Origin: Deinococcales bacterium
GTDB taxonomy: Bacteria; Deinococcota; Deinococci; Deinococcales; JAAFIG01
Direction of reading: 5' to 3'
NCBI GenBank assembly: GCA_031414595.1
Contig: JANNVX010000004.1
Location: 17,047-81,046, forward strand
DNA: 64,000 nucleotides
In this document: in pieces, positions 1-10,329 of the stretch
Numbering within the stretch: position 1 is the first letter of the stretch
How the letters are laid out: each line of letters starts with the position of its first letter
Notes under the pieces: generated by a model
What the model saw: only the letters and a program-made list of their open reading frames with translations
Databases searched by the model: none
Told to the model about the DNA's origin: nothing
Program-made: the position numbers and the translations under genes

Positions 1-74
1 ATGCTTTATCCGCACACAATCCGCCTCGAGTCGCAAAGTGTTAATCTGTTGGCTATGTCGTCTCGAGGCAAATT

Positions 75-1100
75 GTGAAAAACGCCATTCAAGCCCTACT
101 TATCACCTTGGTCTTTTCGGCACTGGGAATTTTTGGTCTGCTCAGCCTTGGCAAAGAATTTAATCCTGCCGAATTTAGTCGCACAGTGCAAATTCATCCG
201 CTTTGGGCAGTGATTTTTGTGGCATCAGTTATCGCGTGGTGGCTGGTGGCTGGCTGGCGGATTCAGTTACTTGCCAACGATAAAAATGTCACGCTGGCTC
301 GAGCCACCCGAGCATTTTTACTCTACTTATTTGGAGCATCCACCACCCCCAGTGCCAGTGGTGCAAATGTAGCCATGGCTTGGTATTTAAGCCAGTACAC
401 CGACTCGAGACGCGCCACAGCCGTAGCAATTTTTTCGGTCTCGCTTGACTTGGTTTTTTATGCTTACGCGCTTCCGCTTTCTTTTGCTTATTTGTACTTG
501 GCTGGGATTGACTTGCACTTGCCAATTATTGGTTCGTTTTTAGGTGTGTTGGTGCTGCTTGGGACAGTCGTGGCGATTGGTTTAGCGTATGGGGTTGCCT
601 ACCAAGCGCATCGTCTCGAGAAACTGATTTTTATGATTTGTAATCTTAAATTCCTAAAGCGTTTCCAGCGTGGCGCACTGCGTTTTATTGGTGAAACCGC
701 CGATGCTATGGCGCAAATGCGACAATTGCCTTTTTCGACCCAAGTTAAACTTCATTTTTCTACCTTCTTAAATTACACCTTTCATTTTGCCGCCGCAAAT
801 TTAGTGCTGGCAACGCTGGGTTATAAAGTAGATGACCTTGGTTTAATCGCTGCCCAGATTTTACTGGTCTTTTTTAGCTTCTTTATCCCAACACCCGGCG
901 GGGCTGGGTACTTTGAAATTGTGCTTGGCACAAGCAGTTCGGCGCTTGGGATTGCCAAAGAAGCGGTTGTGCCATTTGTGCTGATTTGGCGCGTTTTATC
1001 GTATTACTTGTATTACCTTATTGGTCCATTTATTGGTGGTGCGGCTGTCCTGGCACAAGCCCAATCTGCGGCGCAACAAGCAAAAGAGGCAAAACCATGA
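75..1100 (+). CDS. Lysylphosphatidylglycerol synthase TM / UPF0104 flippase-like membrane protein
   Basis: Multi-TM ORF with TPSASG, PTPGGAGYFE and WRVLSYY motifs typical of the family; stop overlaps the next ATG. Confidence 0.8.
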   Translation: MKNAIQALLITLVFSALGIFGLLSLGKEFNPAEFSRTVQIHPLWAVIFVASVIAWWLVAGWRIQLLANDKNVTLARATRAFLLYLFGASTTPSASGANVAMAWYLSQYTDSRRATAVAIFSVSLDLVFYAYALPLSFAYLYLAGIDLHLPIIGSFLGVLVLLGTVVAIGLAYGVAYQAHRLEKLIFMICNLKFLKRFQRGALRFIGETADAMAQMRQLPFSTQVKLHFSTFLNYTFHFAAANLVLATLGYKVDDLGLIAAQILLVFFSFFIPTPGGAGYFEIVLGTSSSALGIAKEAVVPFVLIWRVLSYYLYYLIGPFIGGAAVLAQAQSAAQQAKEAKP

Positions 1101-2218
1101 AACGCATCCTCTTCTTAATGTCCGACACTGGCGGAGGACACCGCGCTGCCTGTAACGCCATCACTGCCGCTCTCGAGGAAAAACACGCTGGGGAATTCGA
1201 GTTTGAATTGGTGGACATGTGGAAGGATTATACCAGTTACCCTTTTAACACCATGCCTACGACCTACGGCAAATGGGTCAATCTGCACCCCTCGAGTTAT
1301 GAAGCCCAATACTGGATAGGTGACCGACTTTTTAAGAATAAATTAGCTGCGAAGCTGTATGAACGCAACATGTACCCACGTATTCGGCATTTGTACCAGC
1401 GCCACCCATCTGACATTGTGGTTTGTGTTCATAGTGTTTTTGTGCGCCCAAGTGTCTACGCCTTACGAAAACTCGGGCTTCAGACACCATTTATTAGTGT
1501 GATTACCGACTACGCCCTACCAACAATTTTGTGGTACGACCCTCGAGCCGATAAAACCCTTGTGCCAGTCCAACCCGCTTATGACCGTGGTTTGGAGCTT
1601 GGGCTAGACCCGAAAAAACTGATTTTAACCGGACCTGTGATGCACCCAAGGTTCTCGAAAATGAATTTAAGTCAACTCGAGGCTCGGCAGAAACTGGGCT
1701 GGGATGAAAACGCAAAAATTGTGATTCTGGTCGGCGGCGGCGATGGCGTGGGACCGCTACTCGAGACGGCTAAAGCCATAGACGCGAGTAGCGCCGATTC
1801 ACAATTGGTGGTGCTGGCAGGTAAAAATACAACCTTAAAAAATGCGCTCGAGGCTGTATCTTGGAAGAAGAAAACCACGATTTACGGATTTACTGACTTG
1901 TTTGATGTCTTCTTGCGGGCTGCCGATTTACTGATTTCAAAAGCTGGACCTGCCACCATTACCGAAGCGGCGGCGCTTGGCACACCGATGATTATTAACG
2001 GGGCGATTAAATTCCAAGAATCCCCTAATGCCGAATATGTGGTGGCTCAGGGGGCTGGGATGTATGCCGAAGGTGCAAGTAAGGTTGCCTTGGCACTCGA
2101 GCAAGTGCTATCCACACCAGATAAACTCGAGCAACTCAAAGCTGGGGTCAAAAAACTTGCCGATGCCTCGGCGGTTTACCGAATTGCTGATGAAATTTGG
2201 CAAAGCCTTGGTGTTTGA
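1097..2218 (+). CDS. MGDG synthase-like GT28 glycosyltransferase
   Basis: SDTGGGH, VITD, GGGDG and SKAGPATITEA motifs; start MKRILFLMS at the ATGA overlap (1097). Confidence 0.85.
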   Translation: MKRILFLMSDTGGGHRAACNAITAALEEKHAGEFEFELVDMWKDYTSYPFNTMPTTYGKWVNLHPSSYEAQYWIGDRLFKNKLAAKLYERNMYPRIRHLYQRHPSDIVVCVHSVFVRPSVYALRKLGLQTPFISVITDYALPTILWYDPRADKTLVPVQPAYDRGLELGLDPKKLILTGPVMHPRFSKMNLSQLEARQKLGWDENAKIVILVGGGDGVGPLLETAKAIDASSADSQLVVLAGKNTTLKNALEAVSWKKKTTIYGFTDLFDVFLRAADLLISKAGPATITEAAALGTPMIINGAIKFQESPNAEYVVAQGAGMYAEGASKVALALEQVLSTPDKLEQLKAGVKKLADASAVYRIADEIWQSLGV

Positions 2219-2332
2219 GCTAAAACTTCTATCGGCTACATTGTCAATTTTTGCGTCTCTTACAAAAAAATTACTGAATTCGTGTAAGAGCTTTGTGATT
2301 TTTACTTGCTAGAATTGCCCGCGAGGTTAATC

Positions 2333-4090
2333 GTGAACAGTCTCTTTCAAATCAGTCGTTATACTTTAGGCGTTCTGCTTTGTACCATTTTTGTTGCCTG
2401 TACTTCGCTCCAGACAAGCGAACCGAGCAGAGAATTTATTCTGACTGTTAATTTAATTGCAAATGACACCGAGCAAGGCTTAATAAGTCGTTATGGTGGC
2501 AATCTGCTTTCTTTTAACCCAAAAGCAGGGTATGCAGTTCTAAAAGTAAATACACCACCAGTCAGCACCGATTTGGCAGTCAAGCACCTCGAGCCAAATA
2601 TTAAAATTGGTTCTACCGACGCTAAAATTAGTCTTGACCGTCCAAACATCACCACCCAAGGCGCAAGCACCGGCATGGCTAGTGTTGGTATGAGTGGTTG
2701 GGCTACATGGTCAAGTGGTTGGGCTACATGGTCAAGTGGCGAGACACTTCCGCGTATGCCTCTGCAAACCAGTGGTGTTTATATGAATTCTCGAGTTCCA
2801 CAAGCCCATGCGATTGCCCGTAATTTTGGGGCTGGTGTGATTGTGGCTGTTTTGGACACGGGTGTAGACGTATATCACCCAGGGATTTTTGGGCGTTTAA
2901 TCGAACCTACCAAGCGTTGGAATTTTGTGGACAATAATAATAATGTCAATGAAATCAGTGGAGGCGCAGGGTACGGACACGGTACAGCTGTGACTGGCAT
3001 TGTTTTACAGGTTGCCCCCAAAGCCACAATCATGCCACTTAAGGTTTTAGATGCAAATGGGGCTGGCGACTTAGACAACGTGATTGCTGCGATTGACTAT
3101 GCGGTCAAAAATGGCGCTCGAGTAATCAATATCTCTTTGGGTTCACATCAATTTTCAGATGCCCTATGGACAGTGATTAACAATGCCATCGAAAATAAAG
3201 TTTATGTTGTGGCGGCTGTAGGAAACGAAGGGCAATCTAATTCCGCCGATTACCCGGGGGCGCTAGGCTATAGACGACCAGGTTATATGGTTGGGGTTGG
3301 CAGTGTCAATGCTGACGACCAATTGTCGAGCTTCACCAATCGTGGCGGAGATGTGTTTATGTACGCTCCGGGTGAAAATGTTCCAACTTTAGCCCCAAAT
3401 TTCCAAACTGCTAATGCCACAGGTACTTCGTTTTCCACACCTCTGGTGGCGGGAGCATTGGCTTTGGCTTATGGTGAAGCCACAACTTCAGAAGCCCGAG
3501 AAGGTATTGGCAATACATTATGGAATTCTAACGAGCGAAATCGTTTATGGTGGCGATTTTATAGAAATGCGTTCATTTGTGACCTTTTAGGCAATACTTG
3601 GTGTCATAGCGAAGGTGGACTCGACGTTGAAAGGTTACTTTTGCAAATGTCTGGTTTTGTCCCGGCAGTCCAAAAAAGCACCGTGGACTTTATTCGCAAT
3701 GGCAACTTTGAACTTGGTGGGTTACAAGGTTGGACATCCTCTAGTTTTGTTGGCTATGACTACAACTCATTTTCAGGGGATTACGCGGCGGCAATTTATG
3801 GCACAGGCAACCTTAGCCAAAAAATAACTGGCTTAACCCCAAACACCACTTATCGCTTAACCGGGTGGACGCAAGTGAATAGACTGACTTCTTCGGTTCG
3901 TTTTGCGGTTCGTAACTTTGGTGGGACTTCGGTCATTGCTTCTAGTAATCAATTTAGTTTTGGGAATCTAAAACCACTCAGTCTAATCTTCACCACAGGT
4001 TCGTCGAGTACCACGGCTGATGTCGTGATTGAAAAAACTTTAGGAAAAGATATAGGTTGGATTGATCTTGTGACCCTCACCCGCAACTAG
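2333..4090 (+). CDS. S8 subtilisin-like lipoprotein peptidase with C-terminal CBM4/9-like domain
   Basis: Catalytic VLDTG, GHGT and GTSFS motifs; lipobox FVAC; C-terminal IRNGNFE...GW carbohydrate-binding-like module; start uncertain (2306 or 2333). Confidence 0.85.
   Translation: MNSLFQISRYTLGVLLCTIFVACTSLQTSEPSREFILTVNLIANDTEQGLISRYGGNLLSFNPKAGYAVLKVNTPPVSTDLAVKHLEPNIKIGSTDAKISLDRPNITTQGASTGMASVGMSGWATWSSGWATWSSGETLPRMPLQTSGVYMNSRVPQAHAIARNFGAGVIVAVLDTGVDVYHPGIFGRLIEPTKRWNFVDNNNNVNEISGGAGYGHGTAVTGIVLQVAPKATIMPLKVLDANGAGDLDNVIAAIDYAVKNGARVINISLGSHQFSDALWTVINNAIENKVYVVAAVGNEGQSNSADYPGALGYRRPGYMVGVGSVNADDQLSSFTNRGGDVFMYAPGENVPTLAPNFQTANATGTSFSTPLVAGALALAYGEATTSEAREGIGNTLWNSNERNRLWWRFYRNAFICDLLGNTWCHSEGGLDVERLLLQMSGFVPAVQKSTVDFIRNGNFELGGLQGWTSSSFVGYDYNSFSGDYAAAIYGTGNLSQKITGLTPNTTYRLTGWTQVNRLTSSVRFAVRNFGGTSVIASSNQFSFGNLKPLSLIFTTGSSSTTADVVIEKTLGKDIGWIDLVTLTRN
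2693..2739 (+). repeat. 21-bp tandem repeat encoding SGWATWS-SGWATWS-SG in the S8 propeptide
   Basis: agtggttgggctacatggtca twice, then agtgg. Confidence 0.9.
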
Positions 4091-4119
4091 GCAACCCAAG
4101 ACCCTCAAGGCGAAACCAT

Positions 4120-5172
4120 ATGACTAATCAAAGCCAAATTCAGGAACTCAATCAAACGGCTTGGCAATTGCGCCACACTGACCGTAAGGCTTGCGAAACA
4201 CTCAGTCGCCAAGCTCTAGAATTGGCTGAATCGAGCAACGATAAAATCGGTCAAGGTTTTGCCTTGCGCTCCCTCGCTCATTGCTGTGTTACAACTGGAC
4301 AACCCGAACAAAGCCTTGAATTACTAACCCAAGCCCTCGAGATAGCCCAAACCCAACAAAATCAGCTACTCGAGCGTGACTGCCTAAATTTGCTGGCAGG
4401 GGTTCATAACTGGTTTGGTGATTTAGAACGGGCTGTTGGTCTGGTCAGCCAAGCCTACCGCCTGAGTATGCTCCTACAAGACGATGCCCAAATTAGCTCA
4501 TGCTTAAACAACATCAGTCTGATGTACCACCAACTCGGTCAAAACCTGACTGCCCTCGAGTACGCCCAAGAAGCCATTCAACAAGCCGCCAACACGGGCG
4601 ACCAAGTACGTGAGGCTATCGCCCTGTCAAATGCAGCCTTGGCATTAAGTGGATTATCCCAATTTGCAGAAGGTTTAAGCGCAATCGAAAAATCACAAAC
4701 CTTCTGTCAAGAACTTGGTCTCGAGGAATTACAACTCCGCAACCGAGTCAACCGAATCGAAATCTTGATTGGCTTAGAAAACCTTGCAGAAGCCCAGTCC
4801 GAAGTGAGTCAATGCTTAGAAATAGTACGCAGCCTTGATATTGCCGAAGGCGAAGCCCAGTGTTTGCTGCTGCAAAGCCAGATTCATCTAGCCCAAGCCA
4901 ATTATAGCCAAGCCCAACAAACCGCAAGTCTTGCCCTCGAGATTGCACGCACCGCTAAAATGCGTGGACTAGAAGCCAAAATTTGTTCTGAACTTGCCCA
5001 AGCCAATAAAGGCTTAGAGCAGTATGCCATTGCCCTCGAATACACCGCCCAAGCCCAAGCCATCGAAGCCGAAATGCGAACCGAAGGCGCACACCGTCGG
5101 ATGCGAACCTTATCTAAACTCAATCTGGTGGATCGGCTCGAGAGTTTACTGCGCTTGGAGCGGGTTAGTTAA
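4120..5172 (+). CDS. TPR-repeat protein with no output domain
   Basis: Repeated A..L..A / LNN(I/L) helical TPR pattern throughout. Confidence 0.8.
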   Translation: MTNQSQIQELNQTAWQLRHTDRKACETLSRQALELAESSNDKIGQGFALRSLAHCCVTTGQPEQSLELLTQALEIAQTQQNQLLERDCLNLLAGVHNWFGDLERAVGLVSQAYRLSMLLQDDAQISSCLNNISLMYHQLGQNLTALEYAQEAIQQAANTGDQVREAIALSNAALALSGLSQFAEGLSAIEKSQTFCQELGLEELQLRNRVNRIEILIGLENLAEAQSEVSQCLEIVRSLDIAEGEAQCLLLQSQIHLAQANYSQAQQTASLALEIARTAKMRGLEAKICSELAQANKGLEQYAIALEYTAQAQAIEAEMRTEGAHRRMRTLSKLNLVDRLESLLRLERVS

Positions 5173-5248
5173 ACCAAAAATACTAAAAGCCAAATGAACC
5201 TGCTGATTTTTGTGCAAAACCCTTGCAATTTCACCTATGCTCTTAGGT

Positions 5249-5956
5249 ATGAAGAACAAACGGGTTGAACTGCTTGGCTTACCTCTGGATTTAATCACGC
5301 TCGAGCAGACCCTCGAGTTACTTAGCACTTGGACAACTGATGCGACCTCGAGAAAAACCGTGGTCACCTCTAACCCAGAATTTATTGTCCAGTGCCAAAC
5401 AGATACGGTTTTTGCCTCCGACATTCGCAATGCCGATTTAATCACTGCTGACGGTATTGGTATGGTGCTGGCAGGTAAAAAATTTGGTTTGAAAGTCCCT
5501 CGAGCCACAGGAGTGGATATTGCTCGCGGTATCATGCAAAAACAAGGCTCGAGTCTACGGGTTTTTTTCTTAGGGGCAAAACCAAATGTGGCACAACTTG
5601 CCGCCGAGACCTGTGCTGCACTTTACGGAATTCAAATTGCTGGGGTGCAAGATGGGTACTTTACACCAGACCAAGAAGCCGAAATTGCTAAGCGGATTCT
5701 CGAGTCAGAGGCGCATTTGGTACTGACTGGTTTAGGGGCGGGCAAACAAGAACGATTTAATGAACAACGTCTAGCCAGAGTTTCAATAGGTTGTGGTGGC
5801 ACAATAGATGTCTTGGCGGGTGTTGCTCCACTTGCCCCACAATGGATTCGCGGCATTGGTTTTGAATGGCTGTGGCGAATCGTCAAATTTAAGCGCTGGC
5901 AGCGTGGCTTAAAACTGCTCGAGTTTGCGGGACTTGTCTTAACCCGACCCAATTAA
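5249..5956 (+). CDS. WecB/TagA/CpsF family glycosyltransferase
   Basis: TSNPE, ADLITADGIG, GLGAGKQE and GFEWLWR motifs; TATGCT 7 nt before ATG 5249. Confidence 0.9.
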   Translation: MKNKRVELLGLPLDLITLEQTLELLSTWTTDATSRKTVVTSNPEFIVQCQTDTVFASDIRNADLITADGIGMVLAGKKFGLKVPRATGVDIARGIMQKQGSSLRVFFLGAKPNVAQLAAETCAALYGIQIAGVQDGYFTPDQEAEIAKRILESEAHLVLTGLGAGKQERFNEQRLARVSIGCGGTIDVLAGVAPLAPQWIRGIGFEWLWRIVKFKRWQRGLKLLEFAGLVLTRPN

Positions 5957-6158
5957 GCTATAATCAAAGGCGTGCATAGGTTCAAAGTTCTACCACTCGT
6001 CTCGAGTTCATGGGGCTTGGTACTGTGCGCTCAGAATTTGATGGGGACAAACACCCACCCAATTTGTGAAGTCTTTTTTTATACCCCAATCACTTAAATC
6101 CTTCGAGAAAATGTAGGGCATTTACCGACTTAACGAATTTTTTCTAGGAGGCACTATT

Positions 6159-7319
6159 ATGTACGAGGCAAAACCCGAGCATCACTTTACTTTTGGACTT
6201 TGGACAGTAGGCAACATCGGACGCGACCCATTTGGCAATCCAACCCGTAACCCACTGACTGCACCGTATATTGTCCATAAACTGGCAGAATTGGGTGCGT
6301 ATGGTGTGAATTTACACGATAACGACCTAATTCCCATAGACGCAACCCAAGGTGAACGCCAACAAATTTTGCGTGATTTCAAAAAAGCCCTCGCCGACAC
6401 GGGAATGAAAGTCCCAATGGCAACCACCAACTTATTTTCCGACCCTGCCTTTAAGGACGGCGCATTTACCAATGCCAATGCCCAAATTCGTGGTTATGCC
6501 ATCCAAAAAGCCATGAACAGCATGGACTTGGGCGCAGAACTCGGGGCAAAAACCTATGTTTTTTGGGGAGGACGTGAAGGCGCAGAAGTAGACGCTGGCG
6601 GCAATATGCTCAATGCCCTTAGCTACATGCGTGAAGCCATGAATTACTTAGCTGAGTACAGCCAAGACCAAGGCTACGGCTTTAAGTTTGCGCTCGAGCC
6701 AAAACCCAACGAACCTCGCGGCGATATTTACTTTCCTGTGGTTGGTTCGGCACTGGCTTTTATTTACACCCTAGATAAACCAGAACTTTTTGGCTTAAAC
6801 CCAGAAGTTGCCCATGAAACCATGGCTGGCTTAAATTTTGTTCATGCCATCGCCCAAGCCATAGATGCTGGAAAGCTCTTTCATATTGACTTAAACGACC
6901 AGAAAATGGGGCGTTTTGACCAAGACTTGCGCTTTGGTGCAGAAAACATCAAACAAGCCTTCTTGCTGGTTAAGCTGCTCGAGGACACGGGCTACACAGG
7001 CATGAAACACTTTGATGCCCACGCCCTTCGCACCGAAGACGAAGCTGGGGTCTGGGCTTTTGCCAAAGGCTGCATGAGGAATTACTTGATTCTTGCTGAA
7101 AAAGCCAAGCGCTTTAACGATGACAAAGAAATTCAAGCCCTGCTCGAGCATTACCACTTCAAAGACCCAGCAGTCTCGAGCTTAACTGCTAAGTACAGCC
7201 CAAGCAATGCTGCCACCCTAAAAGCCCATAGCTTTGACCGAGTTGCATTAGGCGCTCGTGGACCCGGACTAGAACTGATTGACCAATTGACGATGGAACT
7301 CTTGATGGGCATTCGCTAA
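6159..7319 (+). CDS. xylA: Xylose isomerase (class I)
   Basis: [32 protein letters not shown] and HIDLND motifs; RBS AGGAGG. Confidence 0.97.
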   Translation: MYEAKPEHHFTFGLWTVGNIGRDPFGNPTRNPLTAPYIVHKLAELGAYGVNLHDNDLIPIDATQGERQQILRDFKKALADTGMKVPMATTNLFSDPAFKDGAFTNANAQIRGYAIQKAMNSMDLGAELGAKTYVFWGGREGAEVDAGGNMLNALSYMREAMNYLAEYSQDQGYGFKFALEPKPNEPRGDIYFPVVGSALAFIYTLDKPELFGLNPEVAHETMAGLNFVHAIAQAIDAGKLFHIDLNDQKMGRFDQDLRFGAENIKQAFLLVKLLEDTGYTGMKHFDAHALRTEDEAGVWAFAKGCMRNYLILAEKAKRFNDDKEIQALLEHYHFKDPAVSSLTAKYSPSNAATLKAHSFDRVALGARGPGLELIDQLTMELLMGIR

Positions 7320-7377
7320 ACCTACCACTCGAGTTATTATTCTCATGATTGTCTGGGTACGATAGCTCGAGTTTTTT

Positions 7378-8001
7378 ATGAAAATCATTTCTTTGATGCG
7401 CGAACCAATCAACACCATCACCCACGGAATCGGTGCGGTTATGGCACTTCTTTTTACAATCCTGATGCTGGTTTTATCAAACGGCAACTGGATTAACTTG
7501 GTGTTTGGCGTAAGCATGATGGTTTGTTACATCGCCAGTACCCTGCACCACGGCATACGCTCGAGTGAAAAAATTGAAGAATGGCTGCGCCGCCTTGACC
7601 ACAGCGCTATTTACTTACTGATTGCTGGAACGTATACCCCAGTTTTATGGCATGTTCTCGAGGGCGAGACCCGTTTGTACTGGTTACTTGGCGTTTGGGG
7701 TGTGGCAGCTTTTGGTGTGCTGCTGAAAACCTTGACCAGACCACCCGAATGGTTTTCCTTAACAATTTACATCGGCATGAGTTGGTTCGCCATTATTTTA
7801 CTGCCCAAGTTTATCGCTGGCTTACCATTGGCTGCCTTCATCGCCTTGGTGATTGGTGGGCTTTGCTACACCCTAGGTGTACCGTTTTATGCTCTAGGCA
7901 GACGGGTTCTCAAAAAAGGTTTATGGACATCCCATGAAATCTGGCATTTATTTGTACTGGCGGGCAGTGTTAGCCATTTTGTGATGGCAATCAATCTCTA
8001 A
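7378..8001 (+). CDS. Hemolysin III / PAQR family membrane protein
   Basis: NTITHG, STLHH, RRLDHSAIYLLIAGTYTP and HEIWHLFVL motifs. Confidence 0.92.
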   Translation: MKIISLMREPINTITHGIGAVMALLFTILMLVLSNGNWINLVFGVSMMVCYIASTLHHGIRSSEKIEEWLRRLDHSAIYLLIAGTYTPVLWHVLEGETRLYWLLGVWGVAAFGVLLKTLTRPPEWFSLTIYIGMSWFAIILLPKFIAGLPLAAFIALVIGGLCYTLGVPFYALGRRVLKKGLWTSHEIWHLFVLAGSVSHFVMAINL

Positions 8002-9643
8002 GCTGAGGACGGGTACAATTACGCCCAGCGTTCTTGGCGGAGTACATCGCTCGGTCAGCAATTTCAAAGAGCTTATTTTGATGCGCCACAGAAACATCGT
8101 CACACCAACCTAAACTGATTGTCACGCTTAAATCAGGGTGAATATCGGTCATGTCGGTACGGGCAATCACCTCCCGAATTCGTTCGCATAAACGGTAAAC
8201 CGCTAAACCACCAATTCCGGGCAGAATTAAAGCAAATTCCTCACCACCATAGCGAGCCACCAAATCATGACTTCGGCACTGCTCAGATAAAATTTTGGCG
8301 ATGCGTTGCAGCACCAAATCCCCAGCAGCATGTAAATACTTATCATTGACCAACTTAAAATGATCGATGTCGAGCAAAACAATGCTCAGTTTAGAACGGG
8401 TTTCGGTGGCTTCTAAAAAAACTCGAGCCACAAAGGTTTCTAAAGTGCGGCGATTGGCTAACCCAGTCAGGGAATCCTCGCTGGCTTGACGATCCAATTG
8501 CACATTTAAGCGGGTTAATTCCTCAGAACGCTGCTGATACCACAGGGCTTCACGGCGCACATTCTCACGTTCTATTTTAACCGCCAAAGCCTGAGATTGC
8601 CGTTCGGCACTTTCGGAACGCACCAACGAATCGAATTTATGAAACATTTCAAGATGCTGTAAGGCTAACTCAAACTCAGAACGAGCCTTAAAAACCTTAT
8701 AAAATTCTTTATGGACATCCGACAGGTATTTTTTAGCCGTATTGACTTCAAAATGGGCTTTTGCTTGACTTAAATGTCCTAACGCCGCCTCGAATTGGCG
8801 TTGCAGTGCAAAAACCCGTCCAAATTGCAATTCGCATTCACCCAAAGACTCGAGCGACCCATAACGCTGGGCATGAACCATCCCTTGCCCAACTGCCAAT
8901 TCTGCTGCCACAAAATCTTCTAAACCAGACATGATTTTAGACTGAATAATATAGGCTTCGGATAGTGTTGCCTGATCATCCGCCCGAATCAAATAAGTCA
9001 AAGCCAATTCGAGATGACCCAAGGCAAGCCTAAAATCCTCTTCTTTGGTTGGCTGATTTTTTTCTTCAATGATGGCATTGGCTAATGCCATTAGCGCACC
9101 ACCCTCGGCTCGAGTCCGCCCCATTTTTTGCGCCAAAATAATTGCTTGATTGGCATAATCAAAAGCAAAACTCCAATTTTTTAAGCACCGATGGGTCTGA
9201 CTTAAGTAAATTAAGCTGGCTAAACGTCCACCATCAATGCCATGGGTATTGGCGATTTCTAAGGCTTCTTCAAAAATACTTAAAGCATCAGAAAAGTCGC
9301 CCAAGTCTTGGTAAACCACGCCAATTTCCATCTGACACGCCAAGGCATTTGAAAAAGCACCATGCAAAAAATAAGTATCACAGGCTAAAAATAAATTTTT
9401 TAGCGCATTTTTAACATCAGACCCTCGAGCATGAACCTTACCAATCATTCGTAAGCCAAACGCATGAACTCGAGGGTTATCGTTGATTGAAAATTTCAAT
9501 AACGCCTCACCAAGTTCACGCTGTTCTTCTTTGGTGCTTTCAGCAAACTCGATATACACCGTATTGGTCAATAGCCGAATATCCTCATCAGATAAAATCT
9601 GCCGAAAACGATTGACGGCACTTTGAACATTAGTTTTCATCAT
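7991..9643 (-). CDS. TPR-repeat GGDEF diguanylate cyclase
   Basis: N-terminal TPRs, coiled linker, DSLTGLANR, DIDHFK.VND, RYGGEEF with RxxD I-site. Confidence 0.92.
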   Translation of the reverse strand: MMKTNVQSAVNRFRQILSDEDIRLLTNTVYIEFAESTKEEQRELGEALLKFSINDNPRVHAFGLRMIGKVHARGSDVKNALKNLFLACDTYFLHGAFSNALACQMEIGVVYQDLGDFSDALSIFEEALEIANTHGIDGGRLASLIYLSQTHRCLKNWSFAFDYANQAIILAQKMGRTRAEGGALMALANAIIEEKNQPTKEEDFRLALGHLELALTYLIRADDQATLSEAYIIQSKIMSGLEDFVAAELAVGQGMVHAQRYGSLESLGECELQFGRVFALQRQFEAALGHLSQAKAHFEVNTAKKYLSDVHKEFYKVFKARSEFELALQHLEMFHKFDSLVRSESAERQSQALAVKIERENVRREALWYQQRSEELTRLNVQLDRQASEDSLTGLANRRTLETFVARVFLEATETRSKLSIVLLDIDHFKLVNDKYLHAAGDLVLQRIAKILSEQCRSHDLVARYGGEEFALILPGIGGLAVYRLCERIREVIARTDMTDIHPDLSVTISLGWCDDVSVAHQNKLFEIADRAMYSAKNAGRNCTRPQLRD

Positions 9644-9693
9644 AAATAAAAGAGGTTTGGGACATGCCCAAACCTAAAAGACCTTTATTAAAT

Positions 9694-9870
9694 CTAGCAA
9701 TCTCCATTACAAAAACCCTTGGCTTTCGGTTTAGACGGTTCTGGTGAATCTGGTGGGTCTTGATACGCGCCGACTTCTGCTCTATCCCAACGATCACCTT
9801 TTGCCAATGCTGCTGGTAATGCAATTAAGCAAAACGCTAAACCAATTCCGAATAGCAACCTTTTAATCAT
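9694..9870 (-). CDS. Unannotated 58-aa secreted peptide (MIKRLLFGIGLAFCLIALPAALA|KGDRWDRAEVGAYQDPPDSPEPSKPKAKGFCNGDC)
   Basis: Translated by hand and below the ORF-track cutoff; G-rich RBS 7 nt before ATG, classic n/h/c signal peptide ending A-L-A, TAG stop about 50 nt before the TPR-GGDEF start. Confidence 0.75.
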   Translation of the reverse strand: MIKRLLFGIGLAFCLIALPAALAKGDRWDRAEVGAYQDPPDSPEPSKPKAKGFCNGDC

Positions 9871-10043
9871 TTTGTACCCCCGTTATAGTTCTTATACCTT
9901 ACCAAGTAAATACTTACAAAGACCTTACTAAAAAATTTTGTAAGAATTACAATCCCATTGTTTCAGACAACAAGAATAAGAACTGATTGGATTTGCAAAA
10001 AATAATGTGAGAGACTTTATAAAAACCATGCCGCCATATCAAC

Positions 10044-10071
10044 TTGACACCAGACAACAAAAGGCTATACT
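10044..10071 (+). promoter_or_regulatory. Sigma70-type promoter of the T-box leader
   Basis: TTGACA-16 nt-TATACT. Confidence 0.8.
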
Positions 10072-10074
10072 CGA

Positions 10075-10329
10075 GACGGGAAGAGTACCGAGTAAAAGCC
10101 CCCACAGAGAAGTGTTCCATAAGCTGAGAAGAACACTGGGAAAGCCGCAAGGGAACGTCACCCAAGCAACACCGAGGAAAGAAAGCCTAACCGCAATTAG
10201 AATCCTCTGGGTGCGCCCATCACAGCGCGTTTGAGCGCTCGAGACAACTCGAGAAAAGCGGTGGTAACGCGGGAGCGATTTTTTTCAAAAAACGCCATCT
10301 CGTCCGCAGATTTTACGGACGAGGTGTTT
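10075..10329 (+). ncRNA. T-box riboswitch leader with valine specifier
   Basis: AGAGA box (10106), GCTGAGA loop, specifier GAAC-GTC-A (GUC=Val, 10157); antiterminator GCGG-TGGTAAC-GCGGG (10258-10273) pairs with CTCGT-CCGC (10299-10307); mutually exclusive hairpin CTCGTCCG/CGGACGAG covers the GAGGTG RBS. Confidence 0.92.

Noticed and set aside
5972-6097. 41-codon leaderless ORF after TATAAT upstream of xylA
   Set aside because: No recognisable features; it may simply be the xylA promoter and leader
9630-9824. 64-aa minus-strand ORF in the track
   Set aside because: No RBS or protein-like features; the overlapping frame 9870-9694 has an RBS and a signal peptide
10007-10329. ORF 10007-10234 and the 10231 N-terminal extension of the Nudix gene; RNase P RNA also considered
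   Set aside because: The region is fully explained by the T-box leader, and RNase P conserved motifs are absent
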